From assembly GCA_002269645.1 (NCBI GenBank), contig NIVC01003207.1, forward strand, positions 62,001 to 126,000: a stretch of 64,000 nt of DNA, read 5' to 3'. The position numbers and the translations under genes were made by a program. The DNA is from Macrostomum lignano. Taxonomy: Eukaryota. Shown here piece by piece: positions 11,776 through 25,400 of the stretch. Position 1 is the first letter of the stretch. Every line of letters begins with the position of its first letter. The notes under the pieces were generated by a model. That model had not been told where the DNA came from, made no database searches, and worked only from the letters and a program-made list of their open reading frames with translations.

Positions 11776-12744
11776 AGACAGCAGTCATTATAGATAAGCC
11801 AATAAACTGACTGACACATGCATACAAGGATGCATACAAGGATATGTTTGACCGACTGAGTCACAAGAGCACTAAATAGTGTCCAGAAGCCATCCAAGCA
11901 CAAAATAATAAAGAAAGAAATTGATGCTGAAACACGAATTACGCATCAAGTCAGCTTTATCGCACACCTCAAAACTGTATGCATGCAACACATTTTCGGC
12001 ATAAGTACACGAATTGCTTCAATTTTTTTCACAAAAGAATCATTAAAATGAATTGATCTACATGTAATTTTTATTTAACGTACTACGCACGATCACACAG
12101 GGTGCACAGAGGCCCTGACTGTCTAATCGTCAGGCATGTGCACTCTCTGTGACATGGGGACTGGAGCCCTCCTGGCTGTGAATCGCATCTGGCCAAGTTT
12201 CGTGCTCTCGGAAAATCAAAACGAAGTCTGCAATGCGGCTACCGGAAAAATTAATTGGGCTGTTTTTCTAAGATAAAATTTCAAATAAAATCAAATTGAA
12301 GCATCTTATTAAAACCATGGCCTGGCAGGATTGAGTCTCATATCAGTAATTATAATTTATCAGATACACACGCACTTTGCATGCATTATTAACATTAAAA
12401 TTGTGTAATAAAAATAGAGCAAGTAATTTTTTTATCAATCTAACATTAATCCAAAACACGTTAATGGAACAAGATGATTCTTCAAGGTAATTTTATTAGG
12501 ACTGTAAATATGCTGTCAATGTAATATTGCTCTGCAGGAAGATTCGGCATAATTATTATAATTATAATTTTGAACAGCAACAAGAGCTACAATATGGGGA
12601 GGATAAATCAGCTAGATGCAACAGAGAACACTGATATAAAGTATATTTACGTTGGCACCATCTAGCAACACCAACGAGTTTACAGCAGCAATTTTTACAC
12701 GAACTTTGTGTATTGGTGGTGACTGTTTCCATTGGATTAGGGCT

Positions 12745-13265
12745 TTGGGGTGGCGGGCGCAGTGGGGTGACGGGTGCAGGTGGGGTGGTGGACGCATTGG
12801 GGGGTCGGCGCAGTGGGGTAAGCGGGCGCAGTGGGGTGGTGGGTGCAGTGGGGTGGTGGGTGCAGTGGGTGGCGGGTGCAGTGGGGTGGTGGGTGCAGTG
12901 GGGTGGCGGGTGCAGTGGGGTGGTGGACGCAGTGGAGGGTCGGCGCAGTGGGGTAAGCGGGCGCAGTGGGGTGGTGGGTGCAGTGGGGTGGCGGGTGCAG
13001 TGGGGTGGCGGGTGCAGTGGGGTGGTGGGCGCAGTGGGGGGTCGGCGCAGTGGGGTAAGCGGGCGCAGTGGGGTGGTGGGTGCAGTGGGGTGGTGGGTGC
13101 AGTGGGGTGGCGGGTGCAGTGGAGTGGCGGGTGCAGTGGTGGTGGGTGCAGTGGGGTGGTGGGCGCAGTGGGTGGAGGGTACAGTGGGGAGGCGGGTGCA
13201 GTGGGGAGGCGGGTGCAGTGCGGTGGCGGGTGCAGTGGGGTGGTGGGCGCAGTGGGGTGGTGGGT
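12745..13265. repeat. G-rich minisatellite (GCAGTGGGGTGGTGGGT-like, ~17-20 bp units)
   Basis: Dense GGG/GGGG runs on the + strand; produces the Pro/His and Gly/Val artefact ORFs. Confidence 0.95.
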
Positions 13266-13578
13266 ACATTATGGCGACCAATCAATAATGTTATGTTAAA
13301 TTATAAAGCAAGAAAAACGGTCAGACATAAGACCGAAATTAAAAGAAACAAAGCCGTGGAAAATCATCAATTTAGCTCGTAAATTAGGGCAGCAACAGTA
13401 CTCTAGCTAACTTGTCAAACGAGACGCCAAAACTAATGACAGTATAAATAAAACTAACAAACAAGCATGCAATAGTATTATATAAAAGCGGCACCCTGAA
13501 AGTCGAGCATCAATATTATATTTACTATTAAATGATTAGTAAATTCGCTGATACGAGAATTTCACAATCGCAAATCAC

Positions 13579-16572
13579 TCAAGCCAAATAGTGCGAGAAG
13601 AACTCATAGGAGGCGGTCACCACGCCCCAGGATAGCATCGAACGGAAGCAATTTGGCAAGGCGCCTCGGTAGATCTGGCGCACACTGCGACCCCGACTAA
13701 TGTACTCTAATCGAAGGCAGGTGACAAACGAAGTGTACGGACCGCCTACAGTCTTCTGCATATGAGTTTTAGCCACATTGAACGGATAGTTAAACGTGGA
13801 CAGCAGAGCGCCTAGCAGGGCTCCGTTAGTGAAATCTCGAACTGGTCCCGGCATGCCCGTGGCCCGCCTCTCCATGTGGGCTTTGAGCAGGAAATATAGT
13901 ACACTGCTGAATCCATTACGATAGAGAATTGGGGTCAGGCCTCTGTACCATTCTGTCAGGCCATGCTGGCGATACAGCTGACCAAATGCGTGAAAAGTGT
14001 TCCTGCGCGATAGTGTGCAATAAGATTGCAAATAGTGAGAGAAGTTTTCAAATTAAATCAAAGTCAATCAAAGACTGTTAATCAATTTTTGTTTGCGCCA
14101 CCAGTGTCTTGTACAAGTGTGCCACAGGTGTCTCATACAGGTGTGCAAAACGGTGTCCCATACAAGCGTGCCACAGGTGTGCAACACAGGTGTCTCATAC
14201 AGGTGCGCACCACAGGTGTCTCATACAGGTGTGCACAACAGGTGTCCCATACAAGTGTGTCACAGGTGTCTCATACAGGTGTGCAAAACAGGTGTCCCAT
14301 ACAAGTGTGTCACAGGTGTCTCATACAGGTGTGCCACAGGTGTTTCATACAGGTGTGCAAAACAGGTGTCCCATACAAGTGTGTCACAGGTGTCTCATAC
14401 AGGTGTGCCACAGGTGTTTCATACAGGTGTGCAAAACAGGTATCCCATACAAGTGCGCCACAGGTGTCTCAAACAGGTGAGCACCACAGGTGTGCAACAG
14501 GTGAGCACCACAGGTGTGCAACAGGTGTCTAAAACAGGTGAGCACCACAGGTGTGCCACAGGTGTCTCGTACAAGTGCACCACAGGTGTGCAACAGGTAA
14601 GCACCACAGGTGTGCAACAGGTGAGCACCACAGGTGTGCAACAGGTGTCTAAATCAGGTGAGCACCACAGGTGTGCCACAGGTGTCTCGTACAAGTGCAC
14701 CACAGGTGTGCAACAGGTGAGCACCACAGGTGTGCAACAGGTGAGCACCACAGGTGTGCAACAGGTGTCTAAAACAGGTGAGCACCACAGGTGTGCCACA
14801 GGTGTCTAAAACAGGTGAGCACCACAGGTGTGCCACAGGTGTCTCGTACAAGTGCACCACAGGTGTGTTATACAGGTGTGCAACACAGATGGGCCAAAGG
14901 TGTCTCATAGGTACCACGGGTGTCTCATAAATACCACAGGTGTCTCATATAGATACCACAGGTGTCTCGTATAGGTACCACAGGTGTCTCATATAGGCAC
15001 CACAGGTGTCTCATATAGGTACCACGGGTGTCTCATAAATACCACAGGTGTCTCATATAGGTACCACGGGTGTCTCATAAATACCACAGGTGTCTCATAT
15101 AGGTACCACAGGTGTCTCATATAGGTACCACGGGTGTCTCATAAATACCACAGGTGTCTCATTTAGGTACCACAGGTGTTTCATAGGTACCACAGGTGTC
15201 TTAAAGGTACCACAGGTGTCTCATATAGGTACCACAGGTGTCTCATAGGTACCACAGGTGTCTTAAAGGTACCACAGGTGTCTCATAGGTACCACGGGTG
15301 TCTCATAAATACCACAGGTGTCTCATATAGATACCACAGGTGTCTCGTATAGGTACCACAGGTGTCTCATATAGATACCACAGGTGTCTCATATAAGCAC
15401 CACAGGTGTCTCATAGGTACCACAGGTGTTTCATAGGCACCACAGGTGTCTCATACAGGTACACAAATCTCACTGGCTAGGGGTTGGTCACTGCCGCAGC
15501 TTAATGCGACAGGCCCAGCAGCGCACCTGTAAGTAGCCTGATACCGTTGATCCTGCAGCAGCGTCTGCACCCGTTCCAGCGGCATCAGCGAAGCTTCGCA
15601 GCTTCCCGCCATAAAAGCCGCCAAAGCGCTGCACACTTCGGCATTCCATCTCGGCGCTAATAAAGTCAATTCGGTGGAGAACTTTGCGTAGCAACCGAAT
15701 AGCAGACTCAGGTTGCAGATTCGCTGCAGCAGAGGTGGCAGCACGCCTCTGAGCGGAGGTGGGGGTGGTGCATGCGATTAATTGAAGGAGTGGAAACTGG
15801 AAACTGGGGGCAGAATACTGGAAATGGGGGCGGAATACTAGAAATGTGGGCGGAATACTGGAAATGGGGGGCGGAATACTGGAAATGGGAGCGGAATACT
15901 GGAAATGGGAGCGGAATACTGGAAATGGGGGGCGGAAAACTGGACATGGGGCGGAATACTGGAAATAAGGGAGCGAAAAACTGGAAATGGGGCGGAATAC
16001 TGGAAATGGGGCGGAATACTGGAAATGGGGGGCGGAATACTGGAAATGGGGGGCGGAATACTGGAAATGGGGGGCGGAATACTAGAAATGGGGGGCGGAA
16101 TACTGGAAATGGGGGGGCGGAATACTGGAAATGGGGGGCGGAAAACTGGAAATGGAGCGGAATACTGGAAATGGGTGGCGGAATACTGGAAATGGAGGGC
16201 GGAATATTGGAAATGAGGGGGCGGAATACTGGAAATGGGGGCGGAATACTGGAAAGGGGGGCGGAATACTGGAAATGAGGGGGCGGAATACTGGAAATGG
16301 GGGGCGGAAAAGTGAAGCAGTAACAGAAAAGTTCTCAAAATAAATACTCACCTATAGAGCGACAGAAACTCTTTCCTAATAACTTGATCTGCTGCATTTC
16401 TAAACGATATATTCCATAACTGCTGTCTAAAAATGATTTTATGCAATGGAAAGCCAACGATGACATTAGTTACGCCAGACAGACCGCCAGCTACAAACTC
16501 AAGCCTGGCTTTGTGATGGTTCTGACCGCCTGCGGTGGCTGCGCCGGCTGGTATCGCATTAGTAGACACCAT
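13579..16572 (-). CDS. SLC25A51: Mitochondrial carrier, SLC25A51/MCART1 orthologue (mitochondrial NAD+ transporter family); exons 16572-16352, 15748-15527, 14002-13579; 288 aa
   Basis: Three carrier repeats (FPLHKIIFRQQL, MPLERVQTLLQD, YPFNVAKTHMQ) and C-terminal RSMLSWGVVTASYEFF match the human SLC25A51 pattern. GT-AG introns with consistent phase 2/2. Confidence 0.9.
14100..15462. repeat. Compound CACAGGTGT-core minisatellite filling SLC25A51 intron 2
   Basis: Two sub-arrays: cacaggtgtctcatacaggtgtg-type to ~14890, then taccacaggtgtctcatatagg-type. Confidence 0.95.
15797..16310. repeat. ~20-21-bp minisatellite (GGCGGAATACTGGAAATGGG)n in SLC25A51 intron 1
   Basis: About 25 units with a variable G-run. 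Confidence 0.95.
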
Positions 16573-16785
16573 TTATTGTTATTATTGTTGTTATTTATTA
16601 AACGTTTATGGCCGATTTGAAATAAAGAAACTGGACTCATATAGGTTAGCAGGGCAGTTGGATCACTGCATGCCTCTGCTACCTTGTTAGCTTTGCTACT
16701 GGCGCCCGCATGCAATAGTGAGAAAAAACATTTCTATTGAAGTTTAAACATTATCTAGATTAGCTATAGTGAAAGTACGTTTCCT

Positions 16786-17445
16786 AGAAGCTAATTCCTA
16801 GAATCGCTAAGCTAATTCCTAGAATCGCTAAGCTAATTCCTAGAATCACTAAGCTAATTCCTAGAATCGCTAAGCTAATTCCTAGAATCGCTAAGCTAAT
16901 TCCTAGAATCGCTAAGCTAATTCCTAGAATCGTTAAACTAATTCCTAGAATCACCAAGTTAATTCCTAGAATCGTTAAGCTAATTCCTAGAATCGCTAAG
17001 CTAATTCCTAGAATCGCTAAGCCAATTCCTAGAATCGCCAAACTAATTCCTAGAATCGCTAAACTAATTCCTAGAATCGCTAAACTAATTCCTAGAATCG
17101 CTAAGCTAATTCCTAGAATCGCTAAGCTAATTCCTCGAATTTCTAAGCTAATTCCTAGAATCGCTAAACTAATTCCTAGAATCGCTAAACTAATTCCTAT
17201 AATCGCTAAGCTAATTCCTAGAATCGCTAAGCTAATTCCTCGAATTTCTAAGCTAATTCCTAGAATCGCTAAACTAATTCCTAGAATCGCTAAACTAATT
17301 CCTATAATCGCTAAGCTAATTCCTAGAATCACCAAGGTAATTCCTAGAATCGCCAAGCTAATTCCTAGAATCGCTGAGCTAATTCCCAGAATCGTTAAAC
17401 TAATTCCTAGAATCGCTAAGCTAATTCCTAGAATCTTAGAATTCC
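16786..17445. repeat. 21-bp minisatellite (AATTCCTAGAATCGCTAAGCT)n upstream of SLC25A51
   Basis: About 31 units; source of the ILGISLA artefact ORF. Confidence 0.95.
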
Positions 17446-18891
17446 TAGAAATTGATCACTGTTCAAATGGACAAGTAAACAAATCAGATGCACTCTACAT
17501 ACTACTTAGTTGAATTTGGGAATAGCAGAAGGCTTCAACTGCTATTGGTATGTACAATGCACAGAGTCAGCCTAAAAAAGCAAGAGCAAGGTCTCCGTTG
17601 TGTTTTAAAACACTCAAGTGAAAAGCAAAACAAACAATTTGATGCAGACAACAAAAATAAACAAAAACAGAGACCCAATGAGAATGCCACCGTTAATCTT
17701 GAATAATGATTACGACATATAAATATCGGTGCAGTTAAGACTTACACGCAAACACAAATACACAAAACTTGCAAAAAATTGATCATGCAAAGCAAACAGG
17801 GAAAATACGGTACACTAAAAACTAAAAATAAGAAATTGGGAGATCAAAGTAGGCATGAATGGACCGAGAAAATGCATTGTGACAAAGTATATATATATAC
17901 AGTACGATTATACATATCGATATAACCGAACGCAATATGAACAGAGGCTGGTAAACGCGGTTTACCAAAAAGCAAACGAATTTAAACAATTGTATGCACA
18001 GTTGATTTAAACAAACAAACTTGACAAACCTACGCGCACATTAAATGTGCCAACTATAATAAGCTGATTCTAATTTTAAATTAAAAATAAATATTTTATT
18101 TCGCATGCGCCATTTACTTTTAACAAAGAAAAACTACTACTTACTGTCATGAGTAGTGCAGTCGAATTTGCATGTCGGAATATGAAGTGAATTAATTATT
18201 AATCTGAAATAAAATAATAGAAATAGACATACAAAATTAGCAAAACAAACATTTTCAATTGTTAAAACAAAATCACAATACAAATAGATAGAAATCAATC
18301 CTTTCTGTGAGGTCAAAGTTAACTGACGAAAATAATATTGATTTTAAAGTACATCAGCTACTTTGATAATTAATAAATCGATCAAATGGCACACCATCAC
18401 CAGGCGACTGAGAATTGCAAATTGGCATTGATTTTTTTTAAAAACAAACAAAATTTTAAAAAGATGAGCACACTGAATATCAAAATTGTAAATCAGGCAG
18501 ATTAACAAAATAAACAAAAATCAAAGATATATTTAACCGGAATAAATGAGAATTAAAGTAAACAATGCATAGAAAAATAAACACTTAGACCAAAAATATT
18601 CTGGAGTAAACTGTTATTATAACAAAATATCATTCAAGCGATGGAAGAGAAGTTTGGGAAAATTAATTAATGGGCTCTTAGCACTTGGTGTTTCATTTAA
18701 ATTTATTATGTAATATCGAAAATTAAGTGCTTCAAATTCCGTATAGGAATACTAAATTAAAAGTATTCTAATATTATTGAAAATATTACAAAGTACGCAA
18801 ATGGGGAAATGAGCAATCTACACTGAATAAACTCGGAAATGATCGCAATTAAACATTTACACGAGGGGTTTCCAGACTGTTTTACTCTGTG

Positions 18892-20100
18892 ATTGCTGGG
18901 CCAGCCTCCCAGATCCTCAGTTGCTGGGCCAGCTTTCCAGATCATCAGTTGCTGGGCCAGCCTCCCAGACTGTCAGTTGCTGGGCCAGCTTTCCAGATCA
19001 TCAGTTGCTAGGCCAGCCTCCCAGATCTCCTGTTGCTGGGCCAGCCTCCCAGATCATCAGTTGCTGGGCCAGCCTCCCAGAGTGTCAGTTGCTGGGCCAG
19101 CTTCCCAGATCATCAGTTGCTAGGCCAGCCTCCCAGATCTCCTGTTGCTGGGCCAGCCTCCCAGATCCTCAGTTGCTGGGCCAGCCTCCCAGATCATCAG
19201 TTGCTAGGCCAGCCTCCCAGATTCCGTTGCTAGGCCAGCCTCCCAGATCATCAGTTGCTGGGCCAGCCTCCCAGAGTGTCAGTTGCTGGGCCAGCTTCCC
19301 AGATCATCAGTTGCTAGGCCAGCCTCCCAGATCTCCTGTTGCTGGGCCAGCCTCCCAGATCCTCAGTTGCTGGGCCAGCCTCCCAGATCATCAGTTGCTG
19401 GGCCAGCTTTCCAGATCATCAGTTGCTAGGCCAGCCTCCCAGATCTCCTGTTGCTGGGCCAGCCTCCCAGATCATCAGTTGCTGGGCCAGCCTCCCAGAG
19501 TGTCAGTTGCTGGGCCAGCTTCCCAGATCATCAGTTGCTAGGCCAGCCTCCCAGATCTCCTGTTGCTGGGCCAGCCTCCCAGATCCTCAGTTGCTGGGCC
19601 AGCCTCCCAGATCCTCAGTTGCTGGGCCAGCCTCCCAGATCATCAGTTGCTAGGCCAGCCTCCCAGATTCCGTTGCTAGGCCAGCCTCCCAGATCTCCTG
19701 TTGCTGGACCAGCCTCCCAGATCCCCAGTTGCTAGGCCAGCCTCCCAGATCTCCTGTTGCTGGGCCAGCCTCCCAGATCTTCAGTTGCTGGGCCAGCCTC
19801 CCAGATCATCAGTTGCTAGGCCAGCCTCCCAGATTCCGTTGCTAGGCCAGCCTCCCAGATCTCCTGTTGCTGGGCCAGCCTCCCAGATCTTCAGTTGCTG
19901 GGCCAGCCTCCCAGATCCTCAGTTGCTGGGCCAGCCTCCCAGATTCCCAGTTTCTGGGTCAGCCTCCCAGATCCTCAGTTGCTGGGCCAGCCTCCCAGAT
20001 TCCCAGTTTCTGGGTCAGCCTCCCAGATCCTCATTTGCTGGGCCAGCCTCCCAGATTCCCAGTTTCTGGGTCAGCCTCCCAGATCCTCAGTTGCTGGACC
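18892..20100. repeat. 27-28-bp minisatellite (CAGTTGCTGGGCCAGCCTCCCAGATCAT)n downstream of MEN1
   Basis: About 43 units with recurring higher-order variant order. Confidence 0.95.
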
Positions 20101-20300
20101 GGCCTGAACAATCAAAATGATTTATCAGGTCACTACAGTTTGCAGTTTTATCATTCAACAGATCAGCTGGCAAATGAGTCATGACAGTAAACACAGTCAG
20201 GAAACGTTTGCAACAACCCACTCATATTTTGTAAGCGATTTCAGATTAATATATGAAGCGAACCAATCAATGTTTAGTGTCTTTTCTGTTTTCTTCAGCT

Positions 20301-23300
20301 TCACGAACAAAACTCTGATCCAGATCTGAATCTTAAACGCTTAGCTCTGGCTGATTCGGTTGCAGAAGCAGATGATGCCGCTGGCTGAGGCTGAGACTGC
20401 AGACTCTGCTGCTGATGCGGCCGTTTAAAGTGCACCTGACTCTGAGCAGTGAGCTGCAGTTTAATTGCCGAGGAGTTCAATCTGGCCTGACAGAACAGCG
20501 AGGCGATGCCGCACATCTTGCGACTCCGCAGTGTCACGGGCACGCCGCCAGCTGGAGAAGACGAACAATTCGATGAGGCGGTTGAATGAACAGGCGACGG
20601 CTTCGAGGCGGTGGAATCCGATAGAAACACTGTCGGACTCAAGCCTAGCAGATAGCGAGGATTCAATAGCGCATTTGAGCAGCCTTCAGCAACAGATTTG
20701 AGCAGTTTAACTGACTCTGGACTGTAGTTACTAAGCTTAGTAGCATCCTCTGCTGATGTCAATTCCTGACCTTCTCTGCAACTAATTTTCAACGCTTGCC
20801 TAGCAACCGGATCGAACAGAAGCAAGCATTTCACTATCCTATCTGCCCAGCCAACATGCAGCACGGGAGTGTTGCTGTCCTGCTCCCACAGACAGATTGC
20901 GTCATAGAAGTGCAGCAGAGCGGCCAGGCTGCGCGCATCCGAGGACACGCCAGTGTCAGCCGACGAGCGAAGCAGGCGGGGCACCAGCTCGTTAGACACC
21001 TGGGCGATAGATGAATTTAGATATGGTCAGTCATATCGAGTGTTAAATACTATAAAAAATAAACTGAGGATTTTACAGTGTCTGAAGATTCCTTGAAAAT
21101 GAAGATTTCAGTGACGAATTCCTAAAAATGAGGATGTCAGAACGACAGATCCCGGAAATAAGGATTTAAGAGCGAAGATTCTCAAAATGAGGATCTCAGA
21201 GCGACAGATAACCAAAATGAGGATTTCAGATTGAAAAATCCTCAAAATGAGGATTTCAGATTGAAAAACCTCCAAAATGAGGATTTCAGGGTGAAAAATC
21301 CCCAAAATGAGGATTTCAGGGTGAAAAATCCTTAAAATGAGGATTTCAGATTGAAAAATCCTCAAAATGAGGATTTCAGATTGAAAAACCTCCAAAATGA
21401 GGATTTCAGGGTGAAAAACCTCCAAAATGAGGATTTCAGGGTGAAAAATCCCCAAAATGAGGATTTCAGGGTGAAAAATCCCCAAAATGAGGATTTCAGG
21501 GTGAAAAACCTCCAAAATGAGGATTTCAGGGTGAAAAATCTCCAAAATGAGGATTTCAGGGTGAAAAATCCCCAAAAGGAGGATTTCAGGGTCAAAAATC
21601 CCCAAAATGAGGATTTCAGGGTCAAAAATCCCCAAAATGAGGATTTCAGGGTCAAAAATCCCCAAAATGAGGATTTCTGAGCGACATATCCCCAAAATGA
21701 GGATTTCAGAGTGACAAACCGCAAAATGAAGATTTCGGAGTGACAAACCTCCAAAAAAGGATTTCAGAATGCCAGACTCCCAAAATAAGGATTTCAGAGT
21801 GAAAAATTTTATAAGCTACTCAACACTCATTCAGAGATTTACCTCAAACAGCTCTTTATAGATCTCGGCGTCCTCTCTGCTGTAACTGTACTGAGCCACT
21901 GTCCGCGCGGCCAGACACCAATACCTCAGAGCCTGTCTGCACTGGCTTTTGCGATAGAAATAACCGCCCAAAGCCAGATAGGGATACACGTGACAATTGT
22001 TATAATAAACTAGATTAGCTCGAATTGCTTCGTTATAAAGCGAGACAGCAACGCTTTCTCCAGGTGCGCTAAAACTGCAATCTTCGAATAATTCGTCACG
22101 CGGTTGTCTCTGCTGTTGCCGATGCGTTGGGTTCGCTGATTCTAAATCCGCCAGGTTGATCAGGGCCAGAGGGTAGCATTTCAGGTGGCCAAAGTCGTAT
22201 AGCTGCCAGAGCAGGCGTTGCTTCAGTCCTTCCAGTGGCCTGAGGATTGGTTGGATGTTGGATTATCCTCATTGTCTTCCTTATCTCCCCATATGTCTTC
22301 CTCATCTCCTCACCTGTCTTCCTCATCTCCTCACCCGTCTTCCTCATCTCCTCACTTGTCTTCCTCATCTCCCACCTGTCTTCCTCATCTCCTCACCCGT
22401 CTTCCTCATCTCCTCACTTGTCTTCCTCATCTCCTCACCTGTTTTTCTTATCTCCTCACCTGTCTTCCTCATCTCCTCCCCTGTCTTCCTCATCTCCTCA
22501 CCTGTTTTTCTTATCTCCTCACCTGTCTTCCTCATCTCCTCACCTATCTTCCTTATCTCCTCACCTGTCTTCCCCATCTCCCACTAATCTTCCTCATCTC
22601 CTCCCCTGTCTTCCTCATCTCCTCACCTGTTTTTCTTATCTCCTCACCTGTCTTTCTCATCTCCTCACCTGTCTTCCTTATCTCCTACCTGTCTTCCTCA
22701 TCTCCCCATCTGTCTTCCTCATCTCCCACCTTGTCTTCCTCATCGCATACCTGTCTACCCCATCTAACTACCTGTCCACCCCATCTCACCAACTCACCAA
22801 TCTCATCTTACTATCTGTGTTTCTCATTTTCTCACCTGTCTTGTCTAAGCTATGCTAATCTATTCCATTTTTTTAAAGTTAACTATCAATACATATCGGT
22901 AGCTAAGCCTTACTTAGACTGCAGCTGAGCGTGCTGCTGATGATCAGCAGATGAAGCAGTTGCAGGATGCAGCTGGCCACCAGTTATCCTTGGACTTATA
23001 GACGTCACCATAGCAACCAGAGTCAGCCAGTGAGTCTCGCACAGCACTGCATTGCCATTTAAATAAAGCCAAGAGGAACCAGCGCCGCTGCCTGCCGGAT
23101 GCTCCGGTTGCACCGATTGACCTCGCAACGATTGCAGAGTCCTGCCAGCCCAGCTGACCTCGGCGCTGTGCTCAAGCTGGTGCCCGAACACTAGCCAGGC
23201 GTGATCTTCGCTGAGTGCCAACCGGACAGTCGGCACCTCCAGTAGCTGACAGGCGGACACAACGGCCAGACACACGCCGAATGTGTCCAGCCTGGCCGGA

Positions 23301-24634
23301 TGGTGATCGCAGCTGACCAGAGTGTAGAGAGTCTGGCAGTGCGCCAGCTCCGCTAGGCCGACGCAGTGCCTCAGGCGGGCCCAGACTCGGTCAGCCAGCT
23401 GCACAATCACGTGACGCAGCAAATCCGGGAACCAGGCAGCAGCGGGCAGGTGAATTTCCAGCAGGTCTACGCTGGACCAGTTTAGCTTTTTTAAACGGGA
23501 GCACAGAGCTGCGGAGTCCGTGTTGTTGTTGTTATTGTTGCTTAGCAGCACCAGCTCCTGGGGAGGGGACATGGGATTGAGGTGTAGATTTGGGTTTGAT
23601 ACAAAGCCAGTCAGACAGACAGACAGACACACAGAGAGACTGACAGACAGACAGACAGACACAGACAGACACAGAACACAGACAGACACAGACAGACACA
23701 GACAGACAGACACAGACAGACACAGACAGACAGACTGACAGACAGACAGACAGACAGACACACAGACAGACAGACACAGACAGACAGACACAGACAGACA
23801 GACAGACACACAGAGAGACAGACAGACAGACAGACAGACACAGACAGACACAGACAGACAGACACAGACAGACACAGACAGACAGACTGACTGACAGACA
23901 GACAGACAGACAGACACACAGACAGACAGACACAGACAGACAGACACAGACAGACAGACAGACACACAGAGAGACAGACAGACAGACAAACAGACACACA
24001 GACAGACAGACACAGACAGACAGACACAGACAGACAGACAGACACAGACAGAAAGACAGACACACAGACAGACAGATAGACAGACACAGACAGACACAGA
24101 CACACAGACAGACAGATAGACAGACACACAGACAGACACACACACAGACAGACAGACAGACAGACACAGACACACAGACAGACAGATAGACAGACACACA
24201 GACAGACACACACACAGTCAGACAGACAGACACAGACAGACACTCACCTGCTCAATCCTAGTCCTATATTTGGTCAGATCAAATCTCATAGCATACACAT
24301 CCTGGCAGAAGCTGTTACACAATTTATCCAGCTGGTCCAAGTTCAGATTTGGAAATGCCACAATCTGATCATCGGTGCCTGCAGCGGCAGCGGCCACAGC
24401 GGCAGGTGCCGTAGTCAGCTGACTCTCAATATCGCCGAGCAGAATTGACAGCTGAGCAAGACACGGCTCAGTTTCCCTACGCAGCACGCAGCCAATTAGC
24501 GCTAGAACATCTTCCGCGGAAGACAGTCTGGCAGGAAGTCGGTATCGTTTCAACAGCTTGGCAAAGCTGATGGGTCCGACGCTTCCGGTGCCACTTAACA
24601 ACGGCAAACAGGTGGTTGCCGACATGCGATGCAT
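20301..24634 (-). CDS. MEN1: Menin; exons 24634-24248, 23557-22914, 22239-21843, 20999-20301; about 708 aa
   Basis: Menin-specific motifs [93 protein letters not shown] and [16 protein letters not shown]. Splice phases 0/2/0 are consistent. Confidence 0.92.
21110..21800. repeat. 30-bp minisatellite (AAAATGAGGATTTCAGGGTGAAAAATCCCC)n in MEN1 intron 3
   Basis: About 22 units. Confidence 0.95.
22267..22800. repeat. 21-bp pyrimidine-rich minisatellite (CCTGTCTTCCTCATCTCCTCA)n in MEN1 intron 2
   Basis: About 24 units, decaying toward 22800. Confidence 0.95.
23611..24242. repeat. (CAGA/CA)n compound microsatellite filling MEN1 intron 1
   Basis: Begins immediately after the GTGAGT donor on the sense strand. 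Confidence 0.95.
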
Positions 24635-24929
24635 GCAGCATAATGGATTATAATGATTTATTACTGCTTACAGATGATCAATTCATATCAACAGAAATTT
24701 ATTTTGCCTATATTTAAAAGAAAAAAATGGATATTGGCGGAAAAACTTAAAAAAGACATTTGGTAGAGTAATAGAGTACTTGGATAGGTTTAAGGACCAC
24801 GATTCAGGTATTAAGGAACAAATCAGGAGACCTAGACCCTAATACCTGAATACCTAATACCTGATATTAACTCAACTTAATCGATATGAAGTTAAGTTAA
24901 TATCGATTAGGGCACCAAATTAGTAGCTA

Positions 24930-25400
24930 ATAGGGGATCAAATTAGGAGATATTAGGAGACAAAATTAGAAGCTAATAGGGGACCAAATTAGGAGGTACT
25001 AGGGGACTGAATTAGGAGATATTAGGGAACCAAATTAGGAGATATTAGGAGACAAAATTAGGAGATTAGGACACCAAACTAGGGGATATTAGGGGACCAA
25101 ATTAGGAGATATTAGATGACCAGATAAGGAGATATTAGGGGACCAAATTAGGAGATATTAGATGACCAGATAAGGAGATATTAGGGGACCAAATTAGGAG
25201 ATATTAGGGGACCAAATTAGGAGATATTAGGGGACCAAATTAGAAGATATTAAAGGACCAAATTAGAAGATATTAAAGGACCAAATTAGAAGATATCAAA
25301 GGACCAAATTAGGAGGTATAAGAAGGAACAAACTGGGAGCTATTATGGAACCAGATTAGGAGATATTAGGGGATACAAATTAGAGGCCGTACCAGATTAG
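24930..25400. repeat. 23-bp minisatellite (ATTAGGGGACCAAATTAGGAGAT)n between CNOT6 and MEN1
   Basis: About 20 degenerate units containing TTAGGG. Confidence 0.9.

Noticed and set aside
12562-13382. Pro/His-rich and Gly-rich ORFs
   Set aside because: G-rich tandem array read in six frames.
16700-16725. TATTGCATG resembling the SL 3' end upstream of SLC25A51 (also near 13465)
   Set aside because: A 9-mer match is expected by chance in AT-rich DNA, and the SL is added at RNA level, not encoded at acceptors.
14026-23738. Long repetitive ORFs (TGVQQVS, GGILEM, ILGISLA, LLGQPPRS, HPEILIL, SSPVFLI, CLSV)
   Set aside because: All lie within intronic or intergenic arrays of the spliced genes; the apparent hydrophobic or periodic proteins are not real.
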